DNA of 54,138 nucleotides from Chlamydiales bacterium (GTDB lineage Bacteria; Chlamydiota; Chlamydiia; Chlamydiales; JBDQID01): NCBI GenBank assembly GCA_047611865.1, contig JBLFWS010000003.1, positions 1 to 54,138 of the forward strand, read 5' to 3'. Shown piece by piece: positions 22,696 to 32,236 of this stretch (position 1 is its first letter; each line of letters starts with the position of its first letter). The notes under the pieces were generated by a model. It saw only the letters and a program-made list of their open reading frames with translations, ran no database searches and was not told where the DNA came from. The position numbers and the translations under genes were made by a program.

Positions 22696-23839
22696 GCCTT
22701 TATGCAGCGACATTTTCATCATGTTGGCTGATATCGAGACCTTCCGTTTCTTGCTTTGCAGTCACACGAAGAGGGATAAGCCAATCAGTGATCTTATAAT
22801 GAATGATAGAGCCAAAGAAGGTGTAGATTCCAACTATAGCCAGTGCTAGAAGGTGGTAGAGGAACGTGCTGCTTTCACCATAGATAAGACCCACATCACG
22901 AGCAAAGACTCCTGTAGCAATCATACCTACGATGCCTCCCACTCCGTGACAAGGAAATACATCCAATGTGTCATCAAGAGTGGACATGGATTTCCAATGA
23001 GCAACGAGGTTACAGATGACACTGGCAATCAGTCCTATGAACATGCTTTGTCCGACAGTGACGAAACCTGCAGCTGGGGTGATGGCAACTAAACCGACCA
23101 CGGCTCCAATACAAGCTCCCATGGCAGAGGGTTTTCTGCCGCGACATCCATCAAAAAAGATCCAACCTAACATTGCTGCAGCGCTATTGGTTGTCATAAA
23201 GGCTAATGCGGCTTCTCCGGAAGCTGCTCTGGCAGAACCGGCATTAAAGCCAAACCAACCAAACCAAAGCATTCCAGTGCCTAACAAAACATAAGGGATG
23301 TTGCGGGGTTCATATCGTTTAGATGGGAGGTGGTTGGTTCTTTTTCCCAGGACTATAGCTCCTGCAAGAGCTGCAAAGCCGGCAGACATATGAACTACCG
23401 TGCCTCCTGCAAAATCTAAGACTCCCCATTTGTTGAGAAAACCCTCTGGGTGCCATGTCCAGTGTGCTAAAGGGGCGTAGATAAATAGGGAAAAAAGACA
23501 CATGAACAAAAGATAACTGGAAAAGCGAACTCTTTCGGCGAATGAACCCGTGATGAGTGCTGGAGCGATGATAGCAAATTTAAGTTGGAACATCGCGAAA
23601 AGGACAAAAGGAAATGTTAGCGAAAATTCTGAGTGTGTGTGCTCTCCAACATTCTGGAACATAAAATAGGTTCTAGGATCACCAATAAGGCCACCATGGC
23701 TTTCACCAAAGGCAAGACTGAAGCCGAAAAAAAAACCACAAAATGCTTATCAAGCCCATGGCAGCCAAACTTTGTAACATGGTGGAAATAACATTATTTT
23801 TTTTGACCACTCCACCATAAAAAAAGCGAGGCCTGGCGT

Positions 23840-25724
23840 GGGGTGACACAAACTACTCAAAAAACAGTCTTTTCCCCCTTGAAAAACCGTCCTATTTTCC
23901 GCCCTACTTTGTCAAGGGTTTGAAAATACTAATTTTTTGATATGTTGACGTTGTTTTTGCACAGTTTCTCCAATCTCATTTTTATGCCACTTTTCAAGGT
24001 CAGAATGCTTAACCTCTTCCATCGCAGCTCGAACAGTAGATTCATTTAAAGGGCCTACTGCAGCCAAAGTAACAAGCGTCAGCGATGTAAAGCCAAATGC
24101 TCGCTGATCCTTCTCCAATGCTTTCATCTTTCCAAACATTGCCTCTATTGGTTCGCTGGTACCCAGAAATCTCTCTCCGATTTTCAACCCTTTTGCCTGC
24201 TCCATTAGAAATTCAGTGACGTTATCAGCGAAAGGCAGTTCATTTACAGTAAGATCTAATTCACAAAGTGAGTTTACAAATCCCTCTGAAATCATAGGGT
24301 GAATACCTTCCAGACGTACAATGTTTCGTGCAGCCTTTCCTATCAAGGTCAATTGCTTCCAATGAATTATTTCGCTTCGATAACCTTTTAGCCAGGTAAG
24401 CTCATCCCGAAACTTCTGATCCAAAGCAATATTAGGACCGATTACAGTCTCAAGATCATCGATCAAAACTAACATATTAAGAGCCCATTCGACAAGTGAG
24501 TCTATGTTCATGAAGCGCGCTTTTTCTCTGGGGCTGGGCGCCATAGCACCTGCAGCTAATGAATGCTGTAGCTTACGTCTCGATTGAGTTACTTCATTTC
24601 GAAAGCTTATCCATCGGTCATTTTTCTGTAGTTTCCTCTGTAATCGATTAGCAATAAAATGAGCTGTGTCGCAGATTTGACGGGTATTTGGATTGGTAGA
24701 TTTGAAGTTCTTAATCCCGAGCAAAATATCCGAGCCACGGTCACTACAAATACTAGAAATACCACCAATGGATTCTGATACTGTTTTTAGAGACTCTTCG
24801 ACTACTTTAGCAGTAAGTTTGTTAACAACTTTTAGAGATAATGGTTCAAAGTCCTGTAGTGTAGGAGCTCGGCCAAACTGTAGAGAACTGCTACGACAAC
24901 CAATAATTACTAGAGCTTTTTGACTGCCTAATTGTATTGAGGCATCGATTATCACTGTCCAGTCATCAGCCCGTTCTTTGGGACAATGGAGCTTATAATA
25001 TCCCACTCGTTTTACCCAACGCTTCACGGTTTCATAAGAAGGGGCATTATAGTGGGACAACTCTGGGAACTGATCAAAAGTAAGAGCAATACATTTTGAG
25101 GTACATCGGAAGGCTGAGGCTCCGAAGATAACAAATCTAATACAAAGTAAAACAACGCAAACGGGATACCAGGACCTCGACGGTTTTTCCTCACTTGCTC
25201 TTTTTTTAAGGTGATTTTTTTTCGGCGGCGATCCGCGTACGCAGATCCCTCAGTTCTTCTCCTTTAAGCCCAAGCAAGGCTTCTTGCTCATTATTAATCT
25301 GTGTTAGTTCTTCTGTTTCTTTTCGACCCTTTTTATAGTCTTGTTTCCATCTATCGCGACTCTCTTGAGTTTCCCTCAATCGAAGTTTTTGAAGTTTAAG
25401 AGCCTTCGTAAGGCCCTTGCATTTATCTTTAGTAGCGTTTCGACTGTCCTTCAATCGATTAAGTTCCTTCTTCTGTTCTCTGACAGACTTCCTTGCCTGC
25501 TATAGTTGGTCTTTCAATGTTATTTCAGTTTGCATGTCGCATCGTTATCAGTGTCAATAGCAGTTTCTGGATAGGTTGGTAAGTAGATTACCGGTTGAAA
25601 AAAATAATACAATTGAAAAGACGGTGGCTAATAAACAACGCCGTGATTGCTTACATTTGGGTACAAAAACCGAAGGAAATTTGGAGGCTAAATTTAGATC
25701 GTTTTATCAAGTTTGTGTCACCCC
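23840..25724 (-). mobile_element. 1885-bp insertion sequence of unclear family, inserted in amtB
   Basis: Perfect 15-bp TIR GGGGTGACACAAACT. Perfect 11-bp TSD AGGCCTGGCGT at 23829-23839 and 25725-25735. Confidence 0.95.
23912..25535 (-). pseudogene. Two-frame DDE transposase (coiled-coil orfA plus catalytic orfB), probably inactivated
   Basis: orfA starts at ATG 25535, has a TAG at codon 12 (25500-25502) and ends at 25206 just after an A8 run. The orfB frame is open from that run and carries IIDAS, CSDRGSD, CDTAH and SEPIEAMFG. Confidence 0.75.
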
Positions 25725-26173
25725 AGGCCTGGCGTCATGAGCAATACCAGGCTTGCGGCAGTTAGCATCCAGGCAGTGTCTCCAGCATCTATGGGAGCGC
25801 TTACTACAATTTCCCTTGTGTTATCCGGTCCAAAAGCACCAAGAAGACTAATGAGGAGTAGTGAGGTAAAAAAGAGGATCCATTTTTTTTCCATTCGAGT
25901 TCCTAAAATCGTTAAGATTGTGAAATGTTGAAGAAAAAATAGAGAAATGGGGATCTTATATCAAGAGAAAACGCTAAAAATAATTTATTAATATATGGAA
26001 ATATTACCTGAAAGCAAGGGTAAACGAATTATAGACAATATTTTAAAAGAGTTTTTCGATATTTCTTAGAAGCTAAATCTTTTAAGCGATAGTATAACTT
26101 GGAATAGCTGTCTGCCATTATAAATTCTGAGTGAGTGCCGTACCTGCTGGTGCTCACATTTTTTTCTTACCAT

Positions 26174-26214
26174 TATACCGGGTCGTAGCGAGCTTGCGAG
26201 TAAGGCCCGGTATA
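26174..26214. repeat. Short palindrome with TATACC...GGTATA ends, copy 3
   Basis: TATACCGGG/CCCGGTATA perfect 9-bp stem, extendable by a G-T pair. Confidence 0.6.
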
Positions 26215-26231
26215 GCAAGTAAATTAAAAAA

Positions 26232-26339
26232 TAGAGCTGCGTCACCACCGAAACACTATTAAATTTGGGATGTTTTTTCTGAATCCCGCAGCTTACTGTC
26301 GTGAGAAGGTAAAGGAGATATTATAATGCGATTGCCCTG
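26232..26339. mobile_element. Possible ISAs1-like end remnant or MITE
   Basis: Ends in TAATGCGATTGCCCTG, which resembles ISAs1-family termini from memory. The left end is degenerate and no TSD is visible. Confidence 0.3.
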
Positions 26340-26375
26340 CCTGCAAGCAGTCTTTAGTAATTTTTAAACATCCTT

Positions 26376-27314
26376 TTAAGCCATATTGCAGATTTCAGGA
26401 TGGTCTTTGGGGTGTGATTCTTCATGGTGCTCAGGTTCCATGTGAGTCGTGATATAGAGCTTGTTTTGCGGAAAGGCTTTTGTAATAGCGATCTCGATTT
26501 TGCAAGCCTTGGCGTGGGCTTCTTTTACAGTCATATCTTCTTTAAAAAGTAAGTGCGCCTCAATCCAGAGTCTTTCATTAACTTTTCGATGCCTTAGCTG
26601 ATGGAAAGAGAGGATAGTGCCACTTTGAACGGCTTCATCAAGAATCGAGGAGATCTTTTTACTGGTTTCCTCATCAACCTTTTCCATAAGTCCATCGAAT
26701 GAGTTTTTTAGAAGAGAGAAAGCAGTCCATGTAATGCATAGGGCTACACCGATAGCGATCAAGGGATCGATCCATGTAAGACCTGTTAGCCAAACGATTC
26801 CGACTCCAGTAACAACACCTAAACTAGTCCATACATCAGTAAGCACATGCTTTCCATTGGCTATAAGAATCAGGGAATTATATTTTTCACCTGTATAAAT
26901 TAAGTATTTTCCCAGGGAAAAATTTATGATGCTTAATAAGGCAATAATAGAAATACCAGTATCGAGCTGTTTTAATTCAGCCCCATCAAAATGTGAGGCA
27001 ATGGTCAAGTATATGATGCTAAGGGATGTGATGAGAATGACAGCTGCTTCTCCAGCAGCAGAAAAATAGGCAATTTTCCCATGACCATACTGGTGATCTT
27101 CATCAGCGGGTTGCCTGGAATACCAAAGGCTGTAGGTCGCAATAGAGATGGCAAAGAGGTGAACTACGGATTCGGCTGCATCTGCAAATATTGCGGTGCT
27201 TCTGGTGATTTTGAAAGCTCCGATTTTTCCAATCAACATAATAAAAGAAGTAGCAAGGCTTAAATAGATAGCCCGGGTACAGGGGTCTTTAAAGTTAAAG
27301 GATGGTTTATCCAT
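26376..27314 (-). CDS. Cation diffusion facilitator (FieF-like) transporter
   Basis: ADAAES, PADEDHQYGHGK, ANGKHVLTDV, DPLIA, and the C-terminal EAH...THMEP. Confidence 0.92.
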   Translation of the reverse strand: MDKPSFNFKDPCTRAIYLSLATSFIMLIGKIGAFKITRSTAIFADAAESVVHLFAISIATYSLWYSRQPADEDHQYGHGKIAYFSAAGEAAVILITSLSIIYLTIASHFDGAELKQLDTGISIIALLSIINFSLGKYLIYTGEKYNSLILIANGKHVLTDVWTSLGVVTGVGIVWLTGLTWIDPLIAIGVALCITWTAFSLLKNSFDGLMEKVDEETSKKISSILDEAVQSGTILSFHQLRHRKVNERLWIEAHLLFKEDMTVKEAHAKACKIEIAITKAFPQNKLYITTHMEPEHHEESHPKDHPEICNMA

Positions 27315-27446
27315 GTAGTCTCTCTGATTAAGAACTAAGTAATTACCTTTTTATCTCAACCTATGATTTTTTTGTAAAATTATAGACATTTTAGGAAAGG
27401 ATAGGTAGACAACATAAAATAGTAACTTGATAAGATTGGAGATCTG

Positions 27447-28949
27447 ATGACTTTCCCTACGACACATAACTACTGTACCGGAATGGAAGAGCTAGGTAGT
27501 TCCCTCGGAGTTGCTTCAAGCGGAAATAGTAGGAAACGAGCGTGGAAGGGCAGAGAAGTGGGTGTGGAACCACCAGCAAAAAGAAAGCGAATTACTGAAG
27601 ATCAGGTAAAAGGCTGGACAAAGGAGTTTAATCAGGAATCAAAGAATCTCTTACTTCGGAATGTAGTTGTTAATGCTGGCTTGGTACAAGCAGCAACAGA
27701 TACGGAAGAAGCTAGAAGGGTTAGTCATATATTCTCTAATACTGCTGTGGGTGACGTGAAAGCTACTGACCAGGAATCTAGCGGAAGATGTTGGATTTTT
27801 GCAGGCTTGAATGTTATGCGGCGATTTATGTGTAAACAGCACAATTTAACAGACTTTGAATTTTCCCAAAATTACCTGGCATTTTGGGATAAATTGGAGA
27901 GGGCTAATTATTATCTTCAGGAAATATTGAAAACAAAAGAAAAAGAACTGGATGACCCGCAAGTAAACTGGATGGTGTCAGATCCTATAGGAGATGGGGG
28001 CGAGTGGGTTTTCTTTGCAAACCTGGTAGAAAAATACGGTGTTGTTCCCCGGTCGGCAATGCCTGAGACTTTTCATAGTGGGTACACCACTAAATTTAAT
28101 GAAATATTAGAGAACAAGCTTCGGGAGTTTGCGCGAAGCTTGCGAGACAAAGGGGAAGCCTCAGAAGAAGATCTGTTGGAGATGAAGGAAAAGATGCTTC
28201 AGCAGATCTATAATGTTTTGGTGACATTTCTTGGACAGCCTCCGGAAACATTTACCTGGGAATTCAAAGATAATGATGAGGCAATACATACCTATAAAAA
28301 ATTAACCCCGAAAAAGTTTTTAGAAGATCACGTGCCTGACTTTAAAGTGGGAGAGCAGGTAGTTTTGACTAATATGCCTCAGAGTGATCGCCCCTATTAC
28401 AAGAAGTATGAAGTCACTCATTACAAAAATATTTCAGAGGGGTCAGCAGTAACATTTATTAACTTACCTATTTGGGAACTTAAAAAATTTGCTGTGAAAT
28501 CGATTAAAGATGGCAACCCCCTCTGGTTTGGATGTGATATAGATAAGGGGTTGCATAGTGAACTGGGGGTACTCAGTACAAAGATATATAATTTTGATAT
28601 GTTATTTGGTAGTGGGGAACCTCTAAGTAAAGAGGATCGAATTTCGTATCATCAAAGTTCAGCAACTCATGCTATGGTACTTACAGGGGTTAATTTGGAT
28701 AATTCAAAACCCAACAGGTGGCAGGTTGAAAACTCCTGGGGTGATGAAAGTGGGAAAGGGGGCTTTCTTACAATGACAAATGAATGGTTCGATGAATATG
28801 TTTTTGATATCGTCGTTGATAGAAAATACCTTAGCAGAAGAGTCTTGTCTGTTTTGAAGGAGTCAGCAATTGCTATAAAGCCATGGGAGGGTATTGGGAA
28901 AGCTCTATTGGGCTCTTGTACAACATGTATGAGTCGTTGCTGTTGTTGA
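27447..28949 (+). CDS. pepC: C1B cysteine peptidase (PepC/bleomycin hydrolase) with an N-terminal NLS-like extension and a Cys-rich tail
   Basis: QESSGRCWIFA, FSQNYLAFWDKLERAN, DGGEW, KYGVVP, HAMVLTG and VENSWG. Confidence 0.92.
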   Translation: MTFPTTHNYCTGMEELGSSLGVASSGNSRKRAWKGREVGVEPPAKRKRITEDQVKGWTKEFNQESKNLLLRNVVVNAGLVQAATDTEEARRVSHIFSNTAVGDVKATDQESSGRCWIFAGLNVMRRFMCKQHNLTDFEFSQNYLAFWDKLERANYYLQEILKTKEKELDDPQVNWMVSDPIGDGGEWVFFANLVEKYGVVPRSAMPETFHSGYTTKFNEILENKLREFARSLRDKGEASEEDLLEMKEKMLQQIYNVLVTFLGQPPETFTWEFKDNDEAIHTYKKLTPKKFLEDHVPDFKVGEQVVLTNMPQSDRPYYKKYEVTHYKNISEGSAVTFINLPIWELKKFAVKSIKDGNPLWFGCDIDKGLHSELGVLSTKIYNFDMLFGSGEPLSKEDRISYHQSSATHAMVLTGVNLDNSKPNRWQVENSWGDESGKGGFLTMTNEWFDEYVFDIVVDRKYLSRRVLSVLKESAIAIKPWEGIGKALLGSCTTCMSRCCC

Positions 28950-29101
28950 GTCTTTGCCTGTTCGTTATCTCTACTTGAAGAATCATTAGATTTACACAAT
29001 CTTTTGCCCTCAAAATATTTAAGAAAGTGTTTTGTGAAAAAAAAACAGGTCTATATTTTCCCTTTTTCTATGATAGTCTTGTAGTTCCTTTGGAGGATTT
29101 T

Positions 29102-30619
29102 ATGTCGATACCGATTCAGTCGTTTGAAAAAATGGAAATAAATTTCTGTGATAGATCAGAATCTCCACCTCCTATAACGGGGCGCAAGAGAAAGTTAGGT
29201 GGACGTCCGGTAAGTCATGAGCCCCCAGAGAAGAGACAGAGAATAACTGACAGGTTAATACGGGCTTCCAGAAAAGAATTCTATAGGGATTCAAAGAATG
29301 TTCTACTTAGAAACTTTTTGGTTAATGGAGGTTTGGTACAAGCTGCTACAGATAGTGAAGAACTTAGTAAAGCGAAATACGTCTTCTCTAATGTTATAGC
29401 AGGGGATGTTGCAATAAAGGATCAAAAAGGAAGTGAACGCTGCTGGCTTTTTGCAGGGTTAAATGTATTGAGACGCTTTGTAGCTCAAAAGCATGGAATC
29501 GAGGATTTTCAGTTCTCTGAAACCTATATAGTTTTTTGGTATCTATTGGAAAAAGCAAACTTTTTCCTTCATAAAGTAATAGAGAAAAGAGAAGAGCCAT
29601 TGGAAAGCGAATATATGCGGTTTTTGCTTTCTGATTATTTTGATGATGGGGGGAATTGGCAGATGTTCGCTAATATCATTCGTAAATATGGGGCTGTTCC
29701 TAAATCGGCAATGCCAGAGAAAGTTAAAAGTGGAAAATCTTCCAAACTCATTGGGATTTTACAGAAATACTTGAAAGGCTTCGCTCATGAACTTCGACAG
29801 GCTAAGGGGATGTCTGAAATGGAACTTAGCAAAAGAAAAGAAGAGATGGTGAAGCGGATCTATACCATTTTGCATACTTTTCTAGGTGAGCCTCCTGAGC
29901 GTTTTGATTGGGAAGGAGCCTCTGAAGACAGGGAAGAGAAGAGTTCATTAAATCTCCATATGAAAAAAATAACCCCTTGTGCTTTTCTGGATGCTCTTCT
30001 TCCTGATTTTAAGATAGATGACCAAGTCGTTTTGTCAAATTTCCCTGTAAACACGAAGCCCTATTATGAGCGATATTATGTAAAAGAAGAAAGGAATGTC
30101 GTTGAGGCGGCACCTATTACCTGGATAAACCTCCCTATCTCCGAGTTGAAAAAATATGCTTTGAAATCTATAAGAGAGGGCTCTCCTGTATGGTTTAACT
30201 CTGATGTAGGTAAGGGAGTTAATAATTATTTGGGTGTCCTGACGACTAAGATATTTGATTATGACCCTCTTTTTGGTCCTGGACATTATCTGGATAAGTC
30301 TGAGCGCTTGTCTTATTTGGGGACAGCAGCAGACCATGCCATGATTTTCACAGGAGTGAATATAGTAAGTAACAATATATCAGACCGATGGGAAGTTGAG
30401 AATTCCTGGGGAGAAGATTCTGGAAATAATGGCTATTTAACAATGACTGATGAATGGTTTAGTGAAAATGTATTTGAAATAGTGATAGATAAAAGTTTGC
30501 TATCCAGGAGTATAAGTTCTTTAGTTGGTAAAAGGGCCATATCTGTGGAACCTTGGGATAATATTGCTTCAGGGCTTACTTCAACTTGTACTAGCTGTTG
30601 TAGTCATAATTCCAAATAG
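29102..30619 (+). CDS. pepC: Second C1B cysteine peptidase paralog with the same extensions
   Basis: QKGSERCWLFA, DGGNW, KYGAVP, HAMIFTG and VENSWG. ATG 29102 has a GGAGG RBS and is preferred over GTG 29027. Confidence 0.9.
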   Translation: MSIPIQSFEKMEINFCDRSESPPPITGRKRKLGGRPVSHEPPEKRQRITDRLIRASRKEFYRDSKNVLLRNFLVNGGLVQAATDSEELSKAKYVFSNVIAGDVAIKDQKGSERCWLFAGLNVLRRFVAQKHGIEDFQFSETYIVFWYLLEKANFFLHKVIEKREEPLESEYMRFLLSDYFDDGGNWQMFANIIRKYGAVPKSAMPEKVKSGKSSKLIGILQKYLKGFAHELRQAKGMSEMELSKRKEEMVKRIYTILHTFLGEPPERFDWEGASEDREEKSSLNLHMKKITPCAFLDALLPDFKIDDQVVLSNFPVNTKPYYERYYVKEERNVVEAAPITWINLPISELKKYALKSIREGSPVWFNSDVGKGVNNYLGVLTTKIFDYDPLFGPGHYLDKSERLSYLGTAADHAMIFTGVNIVSNNISDRWEVENSWGEDSGNNGYLTMTDEWFSENVFEIVIDKSLLSRSISSLVGKRAISVEPWDNIASGLTSTCTSCCSHNSK

Positions 30620-30714
30620 CACTAAAAGTGCCCCTTGATTGATTTGTAGAGAGCAATGAATGGAAAAGTTGTCTTGTCCATAAATTATGTACTTTAATAT
30701 ATTGTGAACTCCTG

Positions 30715-30883
30715 CTAGTGCTCTGTCAAGGTTGAATTTGTGGGTATATTTACTGAGATTTTTTCTTCTGGTTTCGCATGGAGATCGAAGTAAAACATTG
30801 GGATGTTGCTGAGATCGAATGTGAGACCAGAGGATAAAAGATCAGTGAAGATACCTACAAATTCAATTTTGATGGTGCACTAG
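30715..30883. repeat. 169-bp CTAG-ended palindromic element, copy A
   Basis: 65-bp arms: 51 Watson-Crick pairs, 9 G-T pairs and 5 mismatches. The loop motif is shared with 47653-47819. Confidence 0.9.
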
Positions 30884-30928
30884 AGCCCATTTTCACTTTT
30901 TTTGTGAATTCATACGAAGCGAATAAGA

Positions 30929-32236
30929 ATGAATGTCGTTTGCGATAGGTTTGTTATAGAGGGTGTTTTTAACGATACCTTCTCCTTTGAAGATTGCGTA
31001 CGCATTCTTAAAAAAGAGATTTGCCAATACGGCAGTCCTACAAGTAGCATTCATCGTTTTGAAGTTAAGATAGAAAAAATTGATAGTCTGAACTGGCTTT
31101 CGCAACAGAAAGAACCTTGGAAATTTTATTGGTCATCCCGTGAAGGTGGCTTTGAGGGGGCAGCTCTTGGTTCTTTACTGGAAGTTCCTTTGGGAGAAAA
31201 ACTAACTTCGAGTTCACGTTGCTATGGCGTTGGAAACTTTTGTGATGACTTACCAGTACTTGTTCTTCCGAGGTTTGAAATCATTACAGAAGGTCAGGAT
31301 AGTATTTTTGCTTGTCATGTTTTGAGAGAGGAATTTTCATTTTTAGAGGGTGTTTTTAAGCAACTCGATGATCTGAACTTTTCTTTGAACATACCTGGAG
31401 AGAGCTGTTTTTTCTATAAAAGAAGACAAGATTTCCCCGACTATTCTAAGTGGAAACAGAATGTTCTTTTGGCGATAGATCAGGTGAAAAAGGGAGATCT
31501 TGATAAGATCGTTTTGGCTCGGAAAGTGGAGTTAACTCTCTCTTCAGAGCTAAGTCCTTTTGAAATTATTCTGAAAATGAAGAAATTGAATCCAGAGTGC
31601 TTTAACTTCTGTTTCAGTCCTGATGGGGAAAAAACTTTTGTGGGTTGTTCTCCAGAACTCTTATACAGCCGCTCGGGTAGTTTAGTAAAGAGTGAGGCGG
31701 TAGCTGGGACGCGCTCTCGCGGAAGGACTATGGAAGAAGACGAACGCTATGGTCAGGAGCTTCTTTCATCGGCAAAAGATTTAAAAGAGCATCGCTTTGT
31801 AGTGGATTATATCAACAATTCTTTTGATGAGCTCTGTTTTGATTTTGAGGATTCCGGGGACGTTTCCTTATTAAAAAAGCGCTATTGGCAGCATCTAAAT
31901 CTGTCTTTTGAAGGCAAGCTACGTAAAGGTATTTCTGATAGGGAGATAGTCTCTACCCTTCATCCAACTCCAGCCGTAGGAGGAGTTCCAGCAAAAGATA
32001 TTTCTACTTTGATTAGAGATATTGAGGGCTTTGATAGAGGCTATTATGCTGGGCCTATTGGATGGGCCTCAAGGGATGCAGCGGAGTTTGCTGTAGGCAT
32101 TCGTTCCGCAATTCTTTGTGGAAAGCAGCTGACATTATTCTCTGGTGCGGGTATCGTCCGAGATTCCTGTCCCGCTGAAGAGTATCAGGAGCTGGAAACC
32201 AAGCTTTCAAATTTTTTAACTTTGTTCAAATCCTAA
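30929..32236 (+). CDS. menF: Isochorismate synthase
   Basis: KIVLAR, GCSPELL, EAVAGT, KDLKEH, LHPTPAVGG, DRGYYAG, IRSA and GAGIV; first gene of the men cluster. Confidence 0.9.
   Translation: MNVVCDRFVIEGVFNDTFSFEDCVRILKKEICQYGSPTSSIHRFEVKIEKIDSLNWLSQQKEPWKFYWSSREGGFEGAALGSLLEVPLGEKLTSSSRCYGVGNFCDDLPVLVLPRFEIITEGQDSIFACHVLREEFSFLEGVFKQLDDLNFSLNIPGESCFFYKRRQDFPDYSKWKQNVLLAIDQVKKGDLDKIVLARKVELTLSSELSPFEIILKMKKLNPECFNFCFSPDGEKTFVGCSPELLYSRSGSLVKSEAVAGTRSRGRTMEEDERYGQELLSSAKDLKEHRFVVDYINNSFDELCFDFEDSGDVSLLKKRYWQHLNLSFEGKLRKGISDREIVSTLHPTPAVGGVPAKDISTLIRDIEGFDRGYYAGPIGWASRDAAEFAVGIRSAILCGKQLTLFSGAGIVRDSCPAEEYQELETKLSNFLTLFKS

Larger units (their letters stand above)
22700..25894 (-). pseudogene. 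amtB: Ammonium transporter, split by an IS and frameshifted
   Basis: The N-terminus MEKKW...DAGDTAWML...LMTPG lies at 25894-25725. It resumes after the IS with two homopolymer frameshifts (~23822, ~23730). The main ORF has DFAGGTVVH, WFGWFGFNAGS and DDTLDVFPCHG. Confidence 0.93.

Noticed and set aside
22207-25502. Both transposases are broken by in-frame TAG, suggesting amber recoding
   Set aside because: TAG ends intact genes here (menB, menE, trpA, second pepC), and hicB is broken by TAA. Ordinary nonsense decay explains it.
25709-25718. The IS TIR shares AAGTTTGTG with the TATACC palindromes
   Set aside because: The match is 9 bp and internal to the palindromes, whose ends differ from the IS ends. 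Likely chance.
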